The notes: generated from the letters alone by a model not told the origin. 64,000 nt of DNA from Tubulanus polymorphus (GCF_964204645.1 NC_134032.1:6932275-6996274), one strand, 5' to 3'; positions 27,240 through 39,635 are shown, counted from the first letter of the stretch. Made by a program: numbers and translations.

Positions 27240-28535
27240 TTTGATTTTGTCGCCCGTGACAATTCATTATTTTGGTTTTGTCACACGCGACAATTCAATA
27301 TTTTGGTTTTATCGCCCGCGACAATTCATTATTTTGGTTTTATCCCTTGCAACAATTCATTATTTTGGTTTTGTCGACCGCGAAAATTCAATATTTTGGT
27401 TTTATCGCCCACGACAATTCACTACTTTGGTTTTATCGCCAGCGACAATTCATGGTTTTGGTTTTGTCGCCCGCGACAATTCTTCTTTTTGGTTTTATCG
27501 CCCGCGACAATTCATTATTTTGGTTTTGTCGCCCCGACAATTCTTTTTTTGGTTTTGTCGCCCGCGACAATTCATTATTTTGGTTTTATCGCCCGCGACA
27601 ATTCAATATTTTGGTTTTATAGCCCGCTATAATTCATTATTTTGGTTTTATTGCCCGCGACAATTCATTATTTTGGTTTTGTCGACCGCGACAATTCTTC
27701 TTTTTGGTTTTGTCGCCCGCGACAATTCATTATTTTGGTTTTGTCGTCTGCGACAATTCACCATTTTGGTTTTGTCACCCGCGACAATTCATTATTTTGG
27801 TTTTGTCGCCTGCGACAATTCATTACTTTGGTTTTATCTCCAGCGACAATTCATTATTTTGGTTTCGTCACCCGCGACAATTCTTCTTTTTGGTTTTGTC
27901 GCCCGCGACAATTCATTATTTTGGTTTTATATTTTGTTTTAGTCGCCCGCGACAATTTTTTTTTGTGGTTTTGTCGCCCGCGACAATTCATTATTTTGGT
28001 TTAATCGCCCGCGACAATTCAATATTTTGGTTTTATCGCCCGCGATAATTCATTATTTTGGTTTTATTGCCCGCGACAATTCATTATTTTGGTTTTGTCG
28101 CCCGAGACAATTCATCATTTTGGTTTTGTCGCCTGGACAATTCACCATTTTGGTTTTGTCACCCGCGACAATTCATTATTTTTGTTTTGTTGCCCCCACA
28201 ATTCTTTTTTTGGTTTTGTTGCCCACGACAATTCATTAGTTTGGTTTTGTCGCCCGCGACAATTCATTACTTTGGTTTTATCTCCAGCGACAATTCATTA
28301 TTTTGGTTTTGTCGCCCGCGACAATTTTTTTTTTTGGTTTTGTCGCCCGCGACAATTCATTATTTTGGTTTTATCTCCCGCGACAATTCAATATTTTGGT
28401 TTTATAGCCCGCGATAATTCATTATTTTGGTTTTATTGCCCGCGACAATTTATTACTTTGGTTTTGTCGCACGAGACAATTCATTATTTTGGTTTTATCG
28501 CCCGCGACAATTCATTATTTTGGTTTTGTCGCCCG
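27240..28535. repeat. 31-bp satellite array (unit 1)
   Basis: Unit ATTTTGGTTTT(G/A)TCGCCCGCGACAATTCA(T/A)T with internal palindrome TTGTCGC-CC-GCGACAA. Confidence 0.95.
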
Positions 28536-28539
28536 AAGA

Positions 28540-29535
28540 AAATTTTGAAGACGCTTTGATCAATTACCTTGATCTTTCGTTTATATTTGAATCTACCAAA
28601 GGCCCATCAGCATAAGAAAATTGGGTCGATCTGACTCAAGATGGCCGTCCTATGACCTTTTTAGTGCCCAAAAATGTCAATTTTGGCCAGAATTCTAGGT
28701 CCTGTAGCTTCCTACTGGTTTGCCATTTCTCATTGCAATTGCTGATGGATATTCTTTAGAGAAGGATGTTTTATACCTGGGACAGGTATTTTTGATCAGC
28801 CAATTATGACGCAATTGGCGGCCATCTTGGTGTCATCAGTACTCATTCGTAGGTGGGAAAAAGTTTTTCCACAATTAATTGATACCTAAGCATATTGTGT
28901 TACTATATTCAATTGGAAAGTTGTAGCCCATAACGTGTTCTATGATTTTGGTGAGTTTCAAGGTCATTGGTTTTTGTATGTGGCCATCAGGGGGCGTTGA
29001 ATAATACAATAACTTAGTATCGCTATATTATATTTGTACCAAGGCATATTTTGTTACCATGATCAATGGCAAAGTTGTAGTTCATGACATCGTCTATGAT
29101 TGTGGTGAGTTTTTAAGGACATAAGTTATTCCATATAGTCACCAGGGGGTGCTGAATAGTAGAATGGCTTAGTATTTCCTTATTAGATTGGTACCTAGGC
29201 ATATTTTGTTACTATGATCAATTGCAAAGTTGTATTTCATGACATGTACTACGATTGTGGTGAGTTTTAAGGTCATTGGGTTTTGCATATGGTCACCAGG
29301 GGGCGTTGAATAGTAGAATAACTTAGTATTTCCATATTAAATTGGTAACGAGGCATATTTTGTTATCACAATCAATTACAAAATCATAGCTGCTCACATG
29401 TCCTATGATTGTGGTGGGTTTCAAGGTCATTGGTTTTTGTATATGGTCACTAGAGGGCGTTATGTACTGAAATTGTTAGATTGTTGAGCATTTGAAACCA
29501 CTGCCCAAGTGAGCATGGTGTCCCTGGACCCCTAG
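28540..29535 (+). mobile_element. 5'-truncated copy of the second HINE-like element (full copy at 53466-54753)
   Basis: Near-identical to 53758-54753; ends CCCAAGTGAGCATGGTGTCCCTGGACCCCTAGT. Confidence 0.8.
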
Positions 29536-29769
29536 TTTGGTTTTGTCGCCCGCGACAATTCGTTATTTTGGCTTTGTCGCACGCAACAATTCAATAGTTT
29601 TTTTTTGTCGTCCGCGACAATTCATTATTTTGGTTTTATCGGCCGCGCATATTCATTATTTTTATTTTTTTGCCCGTGACAATTCAATATTTTGGTTTTG
29701 TCACCCGCGACAATTCATAATGTTGGTTTTGTCGCCCGTGGTTTTGTCGGAACAGTGTGTTAAGGTTGT

Positions 29770-30060
29770 TTTGGAAATTTACTCGGTCTGGTATATTTTG
29801 GATTACTGTGTATGTCATTTGTGAGGACATTAAACAGAAGACGACTTAGGATACTACCTTGCGTGACTCCACTAGTTAGACCGTCTCACTCCAAGATGAG
29901 GCGTTCCGTTGATTTCGGTTACAAGTTTCCGTTCAGAGATAACTGCTGTGCCATTTGGGCGACCTATCATTGATACTGTTTCCTAATAGCCTGTTCAGTA
30001 ATGGCTGATGTTGAGCCTTATCAAATGCTTTGTTGAAATCCACCGTTGAACAGGATTCTA
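29770..30060 (-). pseudogene. LINE (CR1/L2-like) reverse transcriptase fragment captured in the HINE unit
   Basis: DFNKAFDK, KWHSSYL, SGVTQGSILSRLLFNVLTND; paralogues at 34300-34355 joined to 48183-48420, and at 55060-55365. Confidence 0.8.
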
Positions 30061-31424
30061 AGACTGTGCAGAAAAAACCCTTTATCGCTGCTTTGCAGCT
30101 ATATTTATTATTATTATTATTTTTTTCCACACATTTTTTGTCAAAAGTACATAGGCTTTTTTACCTTACCGCTGTTGCCGATACAATCCGTCTGATATCA
30201 TTCAGCTCAGTTCGATCTACAAATACTCCGTGCGAATTTTGAAGAATCAACGTTACAAAAGCAATGTCGGGCCGTAAACATCGAAAATTGAGCCCCATTC
30301 AAAGAGCCGACATGTTTTTCTAAGTCGTCTTTCCGAAATCTACCGCACGTTTCTTGTCACATCGATTATCAATTCAAGCATAAATTAACAAATCTATTAC
30401 CGAAAGATTGCACATTCTGTCGCGGTTTTTAAAAACTAATTTTAACAGTAACCCATTTTCCTCATGAAATTATATTACTGATACACAGGAAATTTACTAC
30501 TTTAGATTTTAAAAGCAGTGTCGAGGCTAAACATCGACAAATCGACGTGTGTCACTACATCGTCGTTCCGTGGCTGAGAATCAAATCGAGTACAAATTAA
30601 TTTATTACTACCAGTGATTTGGCTGCGGACGTTGAGCAGTTAATTTAGCAATACCTATTTTTCTTTACCAAAATTAACCGTGTATTTACTAAGATAAATC
30701 ATGAGTGTACCGGGGAGTCGTAGGCCTAAACGAAACACGCCGAAGAGATATAGCGGAGAAAAGCTGTTATGTCGACGAGGTATCAAAATAAAATAATATA
30801 TTACTTTATTCGGCCGCGGGCTTCAACCTCTATATCAATACCATCAATACTCTATATTTCCTACAGTACATACCGATCATTGTCAAATGCACAAGGTATT
30901 TACTAAATACAAGTATATAACACACTCCTTTCCGTATGCTGGAGTCACACTTGAAATTTGGAGTAAGCGTTCGCTGTGGGGGAAAGGAGATCGTTCGCTT
31001 TGTCGCTTGAAGTGTTTATCGAGTTTGACGCGGCTTTAGGCCTACCGGTACTGAGCTTTACTGTCTCAAACAAACACAGTATAATTGTTGCGTTTATTAA
31101 CGGACTCATTGGATTGAACTTCAAAACAAAATTTACGATATTTAGGTGGGTTGTTATTCAATAGGCCTACGACCAATCTGTCCGAATGTTAGGCCTACGC
31201 ATATACATAGGCTTACATAGGCTAGTAGCCTCTACTAGGTTAAGCGTTCGCTGTGGGGGAAAGGAGATCGTTCGATGTGTCGCTTGAAATGTGTATCGAG
31301 TTTTACGCGACCTTAAGGCTTTAGTATGGTGGCTGATAAGGGCCATGCGTAAAAAAAACACGTATATGCAAATGAGGGCGACATTATGACAAAATGACAA
31401 AACTAAAATAACGCGACAAAACAA

Positions 31425-32780
31425 TAATTTTGGTTTTGTCGCCCGCGACAATTCATTATTCTGGTTTTATCGCCCGCGACAATTTATTATTTCGGTTTTA
31501 TCACCCGCGACAATTCATTAATTTGGTTTTAGTCACCCGCGACAAATCAATATTTTGGTTTTGTCGCCCACGACAATTCAATATTTTGGTTTTATCGCCC
31601 GCGACAATTCATTATTTTGGTTTTATCGCCCGCGACAATTCATTATTTTGGTGTTGTCGCACGCGACAATTCATTATTTTGGTTTTATCGCCCGCGACAG
31701 TTTATTTTTTTTTGTCGCGGTTTTATGGCCTGCGACAATTCAATATTTTGGTTTTATCGCCCACGACAATTCATTATTTTGGTTTTATCGGCCGCGACAA
31801 TTCATTAGTTTGGTTTTGTCGCCCGCGACAATTCAATATTTTGGTTTTGTCCCACACGACAATTCATTATTTTGGTTTTATCGCCTGTGACAGTTCAATA
31901 TTTTGGTTTTGTCGCCCGCGACAATTCATTATTTTGGTTATATCGCCCGCGACAATTCATTATTTTGGTTTTGTCGCACGCGACAATTCATTATTTTTGT
32001 TTTATCGCCCGCGACACTTCAATATTTTGGTTTTATCACCTGCGACAATTCAATATTTTGGTTTTATCGCCAGCGACAATTCATTATTTTTGTTTTATCG
32101 CCCGCGACAATTCATTATTTTGGTTTTATTGCCAGCGACAACTCATTAGTTTGGTTTTGTCGCCCGCGACAATTCAATATTTTGGTTTTGTCCCACGCGA
32201 CAATTCAATATTTTGGTTTTATCGCCCGCGACAATTCATTAGTTTGGTTTTGTCGCCCGCGACAATTCAATATTTTGGTTATGTCGCCCGCGACAATTCA
32301 ATATTTTGGTTTTATCGCCCGCGACAATTCAATATTTTGGTTTTATCGCCCGCGACAATTATTTTTTGGTTTTGTCGCCCACTTTATTAGCTTTTGAATA
32401 ATTAGGCCAATTAATAACGTAATAAAGACTTATGCTTTCGCCTATTTTGAAGTCGATTAATCTGATATAGTACGGAAGCGATAAAGGGCCTCGAGTTGTC
32501 GCGACAATTCATTAGTTTGGTTTTGTACCACGCGACAATTCAATATTTTGGTTTTATCGCCCGCGACAATTCATTAGTTTGGTTTTGTCGCCCGCGACAA
32601 TTCAATATTTTGGTTTTGTCGCCCGCGACAATTCAAGATTTTGGTTTTATCGCCCGCGACAATTCATTTTTTTGGTTTTGTCGCCGGCGACAATTCAATA
32701 TTTTGGTTTTATCGCCAGCGACAATTGATTATTTTGTTTTTATTGCCCGCGACAACTATTTTTTTGGTTTTGTCGCCCAC
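31425..32780. repeat. 31-bp satellite array (unit 2)
   Basis: Same unit as 27240-28535; interrupted at ~32385-32495. Confidence 0.93.
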
Positions 32781-34355
32781 TTTATTAGCTTTTGAATAAT
32801 TAGGCCAATTAATAACGTAATAAAGACTTATGCTTTCGCCTATTTTGAAGTCGATTAATCTGATATAGTACGGAAGCGATAAAGGGCCTCGAGTTGTCGC
32901 GTTCAAACTCGACAAGTCGCCATATTTATGTCGATATATCGCGATATATCGCGTCAAGTCCACATGAATATGTCTACAATCGTGACGTTTTCACAACAAA
33001 TTTCGCTTTTTTGCTCATTTTCCACGGGACAAGCCGTCATTTGAAGACATGTCTAAATGTAAGATGAGGGCGCTAGTAATATGACGACTGAGTTTCAAGT
33101 CGTCATGAATATGTCGACTTGTCGCGAGAAAAATGGTCGAGAAAACGAAATATGTCGTCAAAACGTCACAATATATCGACATATTCATGTCGACTTGACG
33201 CAATATATCGCGGTATGTCGACATAAATATGGCGACTTGTCGAGTTGGAACGCGACATCTCGAGGCCCCTTATCGCTTCTTTAGCTTTTGAATAATTAGG
33301 CCAATTAATAACGTAATAAAGACTTATGCTTTCGCCTATTTTGAAGTCGATTAATCTGATATAGTACGGAAGTGATAAAGGGCCTCGAGTTGTCGCGTTC
33401 AAACTCGACAAGTCGCCATATTTATGTCGATATATCGCGATATGTCGCATCAAGTCAACATAAATATGTTGACATATCGTGCTGTTTGACGACTTGAAAC
33501 TCAGTCGTCATATCACTGGCGTCCTCATCTTTCAGCAACGCCAGTCACATGGAGTCGCACGTGTTCTACTTTCTGCGACGCGACACGACTGTCACAACCA
33601 ACCGACGCGCTCTTGCGACTGGCAGAAACTATTTGCACACAATCGTATTGCAACCGACTTGCACCGAAACTTGCGGTGCAACGCAAGGATCGCCTCGTGT
33701 CACAAGACCAACTTACGTCTGGATTTAAGTTACTGCGGAGCACCAGAAATATTTTTTTTTTCGTTCAAAAGACCTTTCGCTTGAAAATTCTTTCGTCGGA
33801 ACAAAATTTATTTCGTTCGAACCAATAATATTCTATACGATTGAACCAATTTGAAAAAATCGTAAGAACAAAGTTGAACAAACTTTTTTTTGTCCAAACG
33901 AAAGGTTTTTCGTTCGAACAATCGTTCAATTGAACAGAATCTTTTTTAATTTGAACAGAATTTTCTTGTCAGAACATTAAGTTTTTCGTTCGAACAAGTA
34001 TATTGAAAAAAGTTTTTTCTCCGAACCGAAAGTATGAACTATTTCGTTCAATCGAACAGAATTGTTTTCATTCAAACATTCGTTTGAAAAAATTGTTTTC
34101 GCTCGACCAAATTTTTTTGCCGGGACTAAAAATTTTTCATTTCAACTATAACATAGCTTTTTATTTGAACACATTTTTTGTCAGAATGAAGAAAATTTTT
34201 GGTTCAAGCAAAAAGCGTATTGTTCGATCAAACAGAATTAGTTTCATTCGAACAAGATTTTCTTGTTGGAACATTAAGTTTTTTGGTCGAACAGCGTGTT
34301 AAGGTCGATTTGGAAATTTACTCGGTCTGGTATATGTTGGATTACTGTGTATGTT

Positions 34356-34474
34356 AGTAATTAGAAGATGGCGTTTTCATACCAGAGGACGAGAGGACGA
34401 GACACCACTCATCACCACAAGTAATTTTTGTTTTCCTACTCATCACCACAAGTAATTTTTTTTCCTTATAAATG
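34356..34474 (+). repeat. Left terminal inverted repeat
   Basis: Outer 74 bp identical to the reverse complement of 48103-48176; similarity continues to the pPolB ATG; two copies of ACTCATCACCACAAGTAATTTTT. Confidence 0.95.
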
Positions 34475-36915
34475 GGGGAGAATGAACACCAACCAGAAAA
34501 CAATAATGTCAATAAAAATCAATATTATTGTCAATATTGTAAAAAATACATCGATACATCTAATAAAACACGACATGAAAAAACTGCAAATCATATAAAA
34601 AATGTAATAGATTTTGAAACTCCAGAAAATTCCAATGAAAGAAAAGAACGATTAGAAAATATGAATGTGAATGAAATAAAATGTGAAGTTTGTGATGAAT
34701 TTATAACAAAAAGGAATTATAATAGACATCTCGAAACAGAAAAACACCATCAAAATTTGAGAAATAATGTTTTAGGAATAGATTATTTTGATGATAAACC
34801 TCAACAAGTAAAAGAATCAACTTCAAAAACTAAATCCATTTCAAATAAACCTTACATGGAAAATGTTAGAAATTATATTGATTCACTAGAAATAAAAGAT
34901 ACAATTGAAATCTTAGAAACATTACATAGTAACGTTGGTCCTGCAGCTATTATATTTAGATTTTTTAAAGGTACAACAATAGAAGATTATAGTAAATTTA
35001 ATGAAATAATAGAAAAAATACTAGATTTGATAACAGATGTTGAATATCCAAAAATTAGTATCTCTGGGAAAGTAAGTTTTTTAAAGTCAGAAGAAAAAAT
35101 GAATTATAATATTCAAACACACTCTGAAGAAATAATTTCAAAAACACAAATAAAAGAGAAGTTAGAAAAAATATTAAATGAATTTAAACGTCATATTGAA
35201 GAAAGATATTTTGAGGGTTCTGGCTTAACATTGAATGAAATTATATATTTAGATTTAAATGTTTATAATACAAAAAGGAATAAAACATCAAAAAGTAATA
35301 AAATGTTTAAAAATGATTCAAACTTTACAACAGAAAAGGATATGAAAGCATCAAGTTATATCAAATTACCGTTTACAACAAAAGCAGTAATAAATATTCA
35401 AAATGAAGATAATAAATGTTTTCTATGGTCAATTATTAGTTGTTTACACCAAACAGAAGATATGACGCATAGTTTTAGAATAACAAATTACCGGAAATAT
35501 GAAACATTATATAAAATTGATCAATATCCAGTAACTATAAAAATGATTCCTAAAATAGAAAAAATTAATAATTTAAAAATAAATGTATTCGAATTAATGC
35601 AATTACCAAAGACAAAAGGTGAAAATATTAAAGATTATACATTGGAAGCTTTATATTTAACAGAATATTATGATGACGAAAATGCTATAGATTTGTTATA
35701 TTATAAAAAAGATGAAAATGAACATTATATGTGGTTAAAACAAATTGATTTATTCTTTAGAACAGAAAGTGATTTTAACAACCATAAAATTTATCTATGT
35801 AGAAAATGTTTATCTAAATTTAGAACTGAGAATGCGTTACTAAAACATAAAGAATTATGTGATATTAAAGATTTTTGTAAATTAATAATGCCAGCAGAAA
35901 AAGATTATAAATTGAAATTTACTAATCATAAATTTAAAAATATTGTTCCATTTGTAATTTATGGGGATTTTGAATCATGGATGTTATGAAATCATCAGCA
36001 GTTTATAGAATACTTGTAAATAATCCTAAAGATTTTGCTATAGAATATAATGATGAATTCTATATTCATGCAATAGTGAAAAGTAATACTTCAACTAAAG
36101 AAAAAATAGTACCAGATTATATATTAAATTCAGAATATAATCTTAGAAAATGGTTCTTCATTGGGTTCTACGCAGCCGATGGTACTAAAAAATTTATAAA
36201 GAATAAAACGATAACCTTTGCACAGAAAGGAAAATGTGCAATAAGTGGGTTAAATGTGTTATGCAGTTCATTAGGCTTCAATATGAATATTGGATTGATT
36301 AAATCTAAACCAAATTGCTTTAATTTAAGGCATGTAGAAAAAGATTTAACTGAAGAAGTTAAAGATTTATTTGAAATATATAACCCAACTGACTATGTTT
36401 ATGATTTATCAACAGATGATGGAACATTCAATTCTGGGTTCCCATTAATCCAAAAAAATACTGACGCCTACATACTAAAAATCAAGACAAATGACATAAC
36501 AAAAGACTTAAAAACATTAAAACATTATTTTGATTTTAGCAATTATCCTAAAGATCATGAACTATTTAGCAATGATAATAAAAAGATTCCTGGTAAGTTT
36601 AAAGATGAATTAGGAGGTGATGAAATGATTGAATTTGTTGGGATAAGAAGTAAAATGTATAGTTACAGAACAAAAGATCATGAAGCTAAAAAGTTAAAAG
36701 GAATAACAAAACATGTGGTTGATAAACATATAGAATTTCAAGATTATATAAAGTGTTTATATAAATCAATTGTAATGAAACACAAGATGAATTGTTTAAG
36801 ATCAGAAGATCATGAGATGTACATTAATGAAGTTGAAAAAACTAGTTTAAATCCATTTGATGATAAAAGGCATATTTCAGATGATGGTATAAAAACATTA
36901 CCTTATGGTTATTAA
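34472..36915 (+). pseudogene. Protein-primed DNA polymerase B (pPolB) with a large internal deletion
   Basis: N part: two C2H2-type Zn fingers, EGSG, NEDNKCFLWSI...HY (OTU-like protease module), Exo I YGDFES. C part: TDAYIL (motif C half), GKFKDE, RSKMY, KLKGI, LNPFDDKR, TLPYGY. Most of the exonuclease and motifs A and B are missing; junction at ~35975. Confidence 0.92.
35974..36459 (+). mobile_element. C-terminal half of an intein with a LAGLIDADG homing endonuclease, inserted in pPolB motif C
   Basis: FFIGFYAADG (36154-36183), block F YVYDLST, terminal LIQKN (Asn codon 36457-36459) followed by +1 Thr-Asp. Confidence 0.85.
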
Positions 36916-38209
36916 AATGGATCTATATCATCAAACTCGAAATCACTATTGGCTTCTTCATTTTCATTTAATTGTTCAGGTTCTTCTTCCATTCCATTTT
37001 TCTCATTTAAATAAAGTTCTATCTTGTTCCACATTTCATCTCGCTCTCTTTGTTTCTTTTTGTTTGTTAATTCATCAAATGGAATTATAATATCTAGGTT
37101 TAAATAATTTACAATCTTATTTAAAAAGAATTCATAATTTATTGAATCTGTTATTCTATTTTCCAAATAATACATAAATATTTGTTTAAATATTTTTTTT
37201 ATATTTTCCATATCTTCTTCTGTTAATTTAGGTTTTTCATAATAATCGTTAGATAATAAATATAAATACATTTTCTTTTGTTTTGTGTTAAATGTTGGTG
37301 GAATAATTGTTTTTATAATATCTTTTTTAGTTATTTCACCATTTTTATTTTCTATTATTTTCATTTTTTCAAGCCATTGCATATATTCTGGTGTATGATC
37401 TTCTATAGAAAATATTTTAAAAATTTCATCTAGATAATTTAATTTTGGTTCTATGAGAAAATCTCTAGTTTTTTCTTCACCCCATAAATTCTTTTGCCAT
37501 CCACATTCAACACAAAATAACACAGTACCTTCTTGCCTTAAGGTCGCATAACTACATTGTGGGCATTTTTGTTTATAATTTCTTGGTAATAGATCTTCAT
37601 TAAGCTCTTGGTATTTTCTTACGTTTTCTTTATGTTTTATTGTTCTATTATGTAGATTTGAATTACTTGTTGTAATAATCAATTTACAATATTTACAATA
37701 ATATGTTTTTCTTGTTAATTCATTATATTGTTTTTCTAACTTTTCAACTGTTTCTTTATTATCTGGTAACGTTTTCTCATATTTTATTTTTTCTAATAAA
37801 TTATTTTTTCTTTCATTGAATTCAGTTTCAAATTTATTAGAAATTTTATCTATATGTGCTTTACGAAATTGATGATTCTCCCAATCTTCTATATTTTCAG
37901 GGCTATATTTTACTTGACAAGGCTCACAGAATGATCTTTTATATTATCCTTATCATAGAATAAGAAAGGTCTTTTCCAAATAACTTCAGGTTCAACTTCA
38001 GCAGAATTACTATCAACATTAGCCGTTGCGCCATTAATTCTACACTTCTCTGAATGTTTTTTAACATAATTTCTTGAGAATAATTTATTACATTTTGGAC
38101 AGTTTATTTTAGGGGGTTTATAATTTTCATCATGTTTTTTCATATGTCGAGCCATATTACTTTTTCTTAGAAGTTCACCACAAATTTCGCATGCTATCTT
38201 CTCATCCAT
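36912..38209 (-). pseudogene. Multi-Zn-finger protein with a C-terminal poxvirus VLTF3 (A2)-like domain; one 1-nt frameshift at ~37944
   Basis: ORFs 37910-38209 and 36912-37682 join because the second frame is open up to 37943; four C2H2-type fingers, then Zn ribbon CPQC-x13-CVEC, PKLNYLDEIF, IKKIFKQIFMYYLEN...SINYEFFLNKI, EMWNKI. Confidence 0.75.
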
Positions 38210-38277
38210 TTATTAAGGAAAAATTTTATTAAAATTAATTTTTAGTGATGAGCGGTAATTTTTTTATGTTATAAATA

Positions 38278-39030
38278 ATGGTAGAATTAAAAGAATACAG
38301 AATATTTGTTGATTCTAGAAAACTTACAAATTATAAATCTCATAATTTACTAGTACAATTAGATAGAGAATTCAAGAATTGTGTAGATTTAAAATTAGTT
38401 AATATAAGTTTATGTAATTCTTTTTATAATATATCGGATAAAAGTCTAGAACATTTAATTTTTTCAATCTTTTACAAAAAAAGGAATAAATGGTTTTTTA
38501 TATACTTAAAACCAGGATTATATCATTTAGATACATTAACACAAGAAATTAATAGAAAAGCTCGAGCTAAATTAGGAAGTGATTCCGGATTTAGTATTAG
38601 AATTTTAAAAAGTGCTAGTTCTAATAAAATAAAGATTAGGTTAGCTAATGACGAACAATTTAAATTTACAATAGCTAAACTATTAGGAATTGCACCAGAT
38701 ACCGTTACAGCATACGCAGAAGGTAACTCAAACTCAAATATAATACCTTTTACACACTTTTATATTTATTGCAATTTAATCGATCCTACAAAAACATTTG
38801 AAGCAACTAAAGATACAATTTGTAATTCTGGTTTATTAAATATTTTACCATTAAAAAATGTCAAACAATTTGGAACTCAAATAAATTATAATTTAACTGA
38901 ATGTGATTTCAAACCTTGTATTCCACATTTCAATAATTCTAAATTAGAAATAAGAAATCATAATGGTTATTTAATTGATTTGAATAACTTTCCTGTAATT
39001 TATGAATTAGTTATAAGATGTAAAGAGTAA
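38278..39030 (+). CDS. Minor capsid (penton, single jelly-roll) protein
   Basis: IFVDSR N-terminus, LKPGLY, FYIYCNLI, LLNILP, LEIRNHNGYLIDLNNFPVIYELVIR, typical of Polinton minor capsid proteins. Confidence 0.8.
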   Translation: MVELKEYRIFVDSRKLTNYKSHNLLVQLDREFKNCVDLKLVNISLCNSFYNISDKSLEHLIFSIFYKKRNKWFFIYLKPGLYHLDTLTQEINRKARAKLGSDSGFSIRILKSASSNKIKIRLANDEQFKFTIAKLLGIAPDTVTAYAEGNSNSNIIPFTHFYIYCNLIDPTKTFEATKDTICNSGLLNILPLKNVKQFGTQINYNLTECDFKPCIPHFNNSKLEIRNHNGYLIDLNNFPVIYELVIRCKE

Positions 39031-39046
39031 TTTTTCACCTATATAA

Positions 39047-39386
39047 ATGAATATAACTGTTGGACCGAGTATATGTTTTGGATTTGATTTTAAACATGGT
39101 AAAGAAATGAGAATTAAACTAAATGACGTAATTACTGATATAAAAAGTAAATCATTTAACAATGTGTCAATGATTGATAAAGAAAAGTATAATATAGAAA
39201 AAGTAATTGATTTAATTAAATCACCTTTTGGAATATTATGAATTAAATGAAGATGGAATTATTGATGATATCAAAAACATATTAACCAAAATATATGATA
39301 ATCATAAAACTAGTAATGAAATAAATGTTGAATTAATCATAAATAAGTTAACTAAATATTTTGAAGATAGTAATTTTTTTGATTAA
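39047..39386 (+). pseudogene. Hypothetical protein, probable frameshift at ~39230
   Basis: ORF 39047-39241 continues in another frame (EYYELNEDGIIDD...) to TAA at 39384-39386; ATAAATG start. Confidence 0.55.
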
Positions 39387-39389
39387 TAA

Positions 39390-39611
39390 ATGAGTGATAA
39401 TAAGTGGATAATAACTGGATTATATAATGGCGCATTACTATCAGTTGGAACTGTTGGTTATTCAATGGTATTAAAAAAAGTATTCAAAATGGGAAGTGTT
39501 AATGTTGATAGATTTGATATAAATGATATTCTAAAATTAACATTAGCAGTTACTTTATCGAATTTAACTATTGATTATTTGGAAAAACAAAAATATATTC
39601 CTCCCATATAA
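39390..39611 (+). CDS. Small hydrophobic (membrane) protein
   Basis: 73 aa, two hydrophobic helices, ATAAATG start. Confidence 0.7.
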   Translation: MSDNKWIITGLYNGALLSVGTVGYSMVLKKVFKMGSVNVDRFDINDILKLTLAVTLSNLTIDYLEKQKYIPPI

Positions 39612-39635
39612 ATACATAATTATTTTACTAAATAA

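Noticed and set aside
27240-28535. CRISPR-like array (31-bp palindromic repeats)
   Set aside because: Repeats abut with no unique spacers; no cas genes; eukaryotic context
32385-34300. Direct and inverted duplications and degenerate TTCGAACA repeats next to the Polinton left end
   Set aside because: Outside the TSD-defined boundary; looks like rearranged repeat debris with no resolvable termini or coding signal
35977-36915. Independent gene, or programmed frameshift joining it to 34472-35989
   Set aside because: No ATAAATG start; begins mid-intein; polymerase motifs A and B are absent, so a deletion is the simpler explanation
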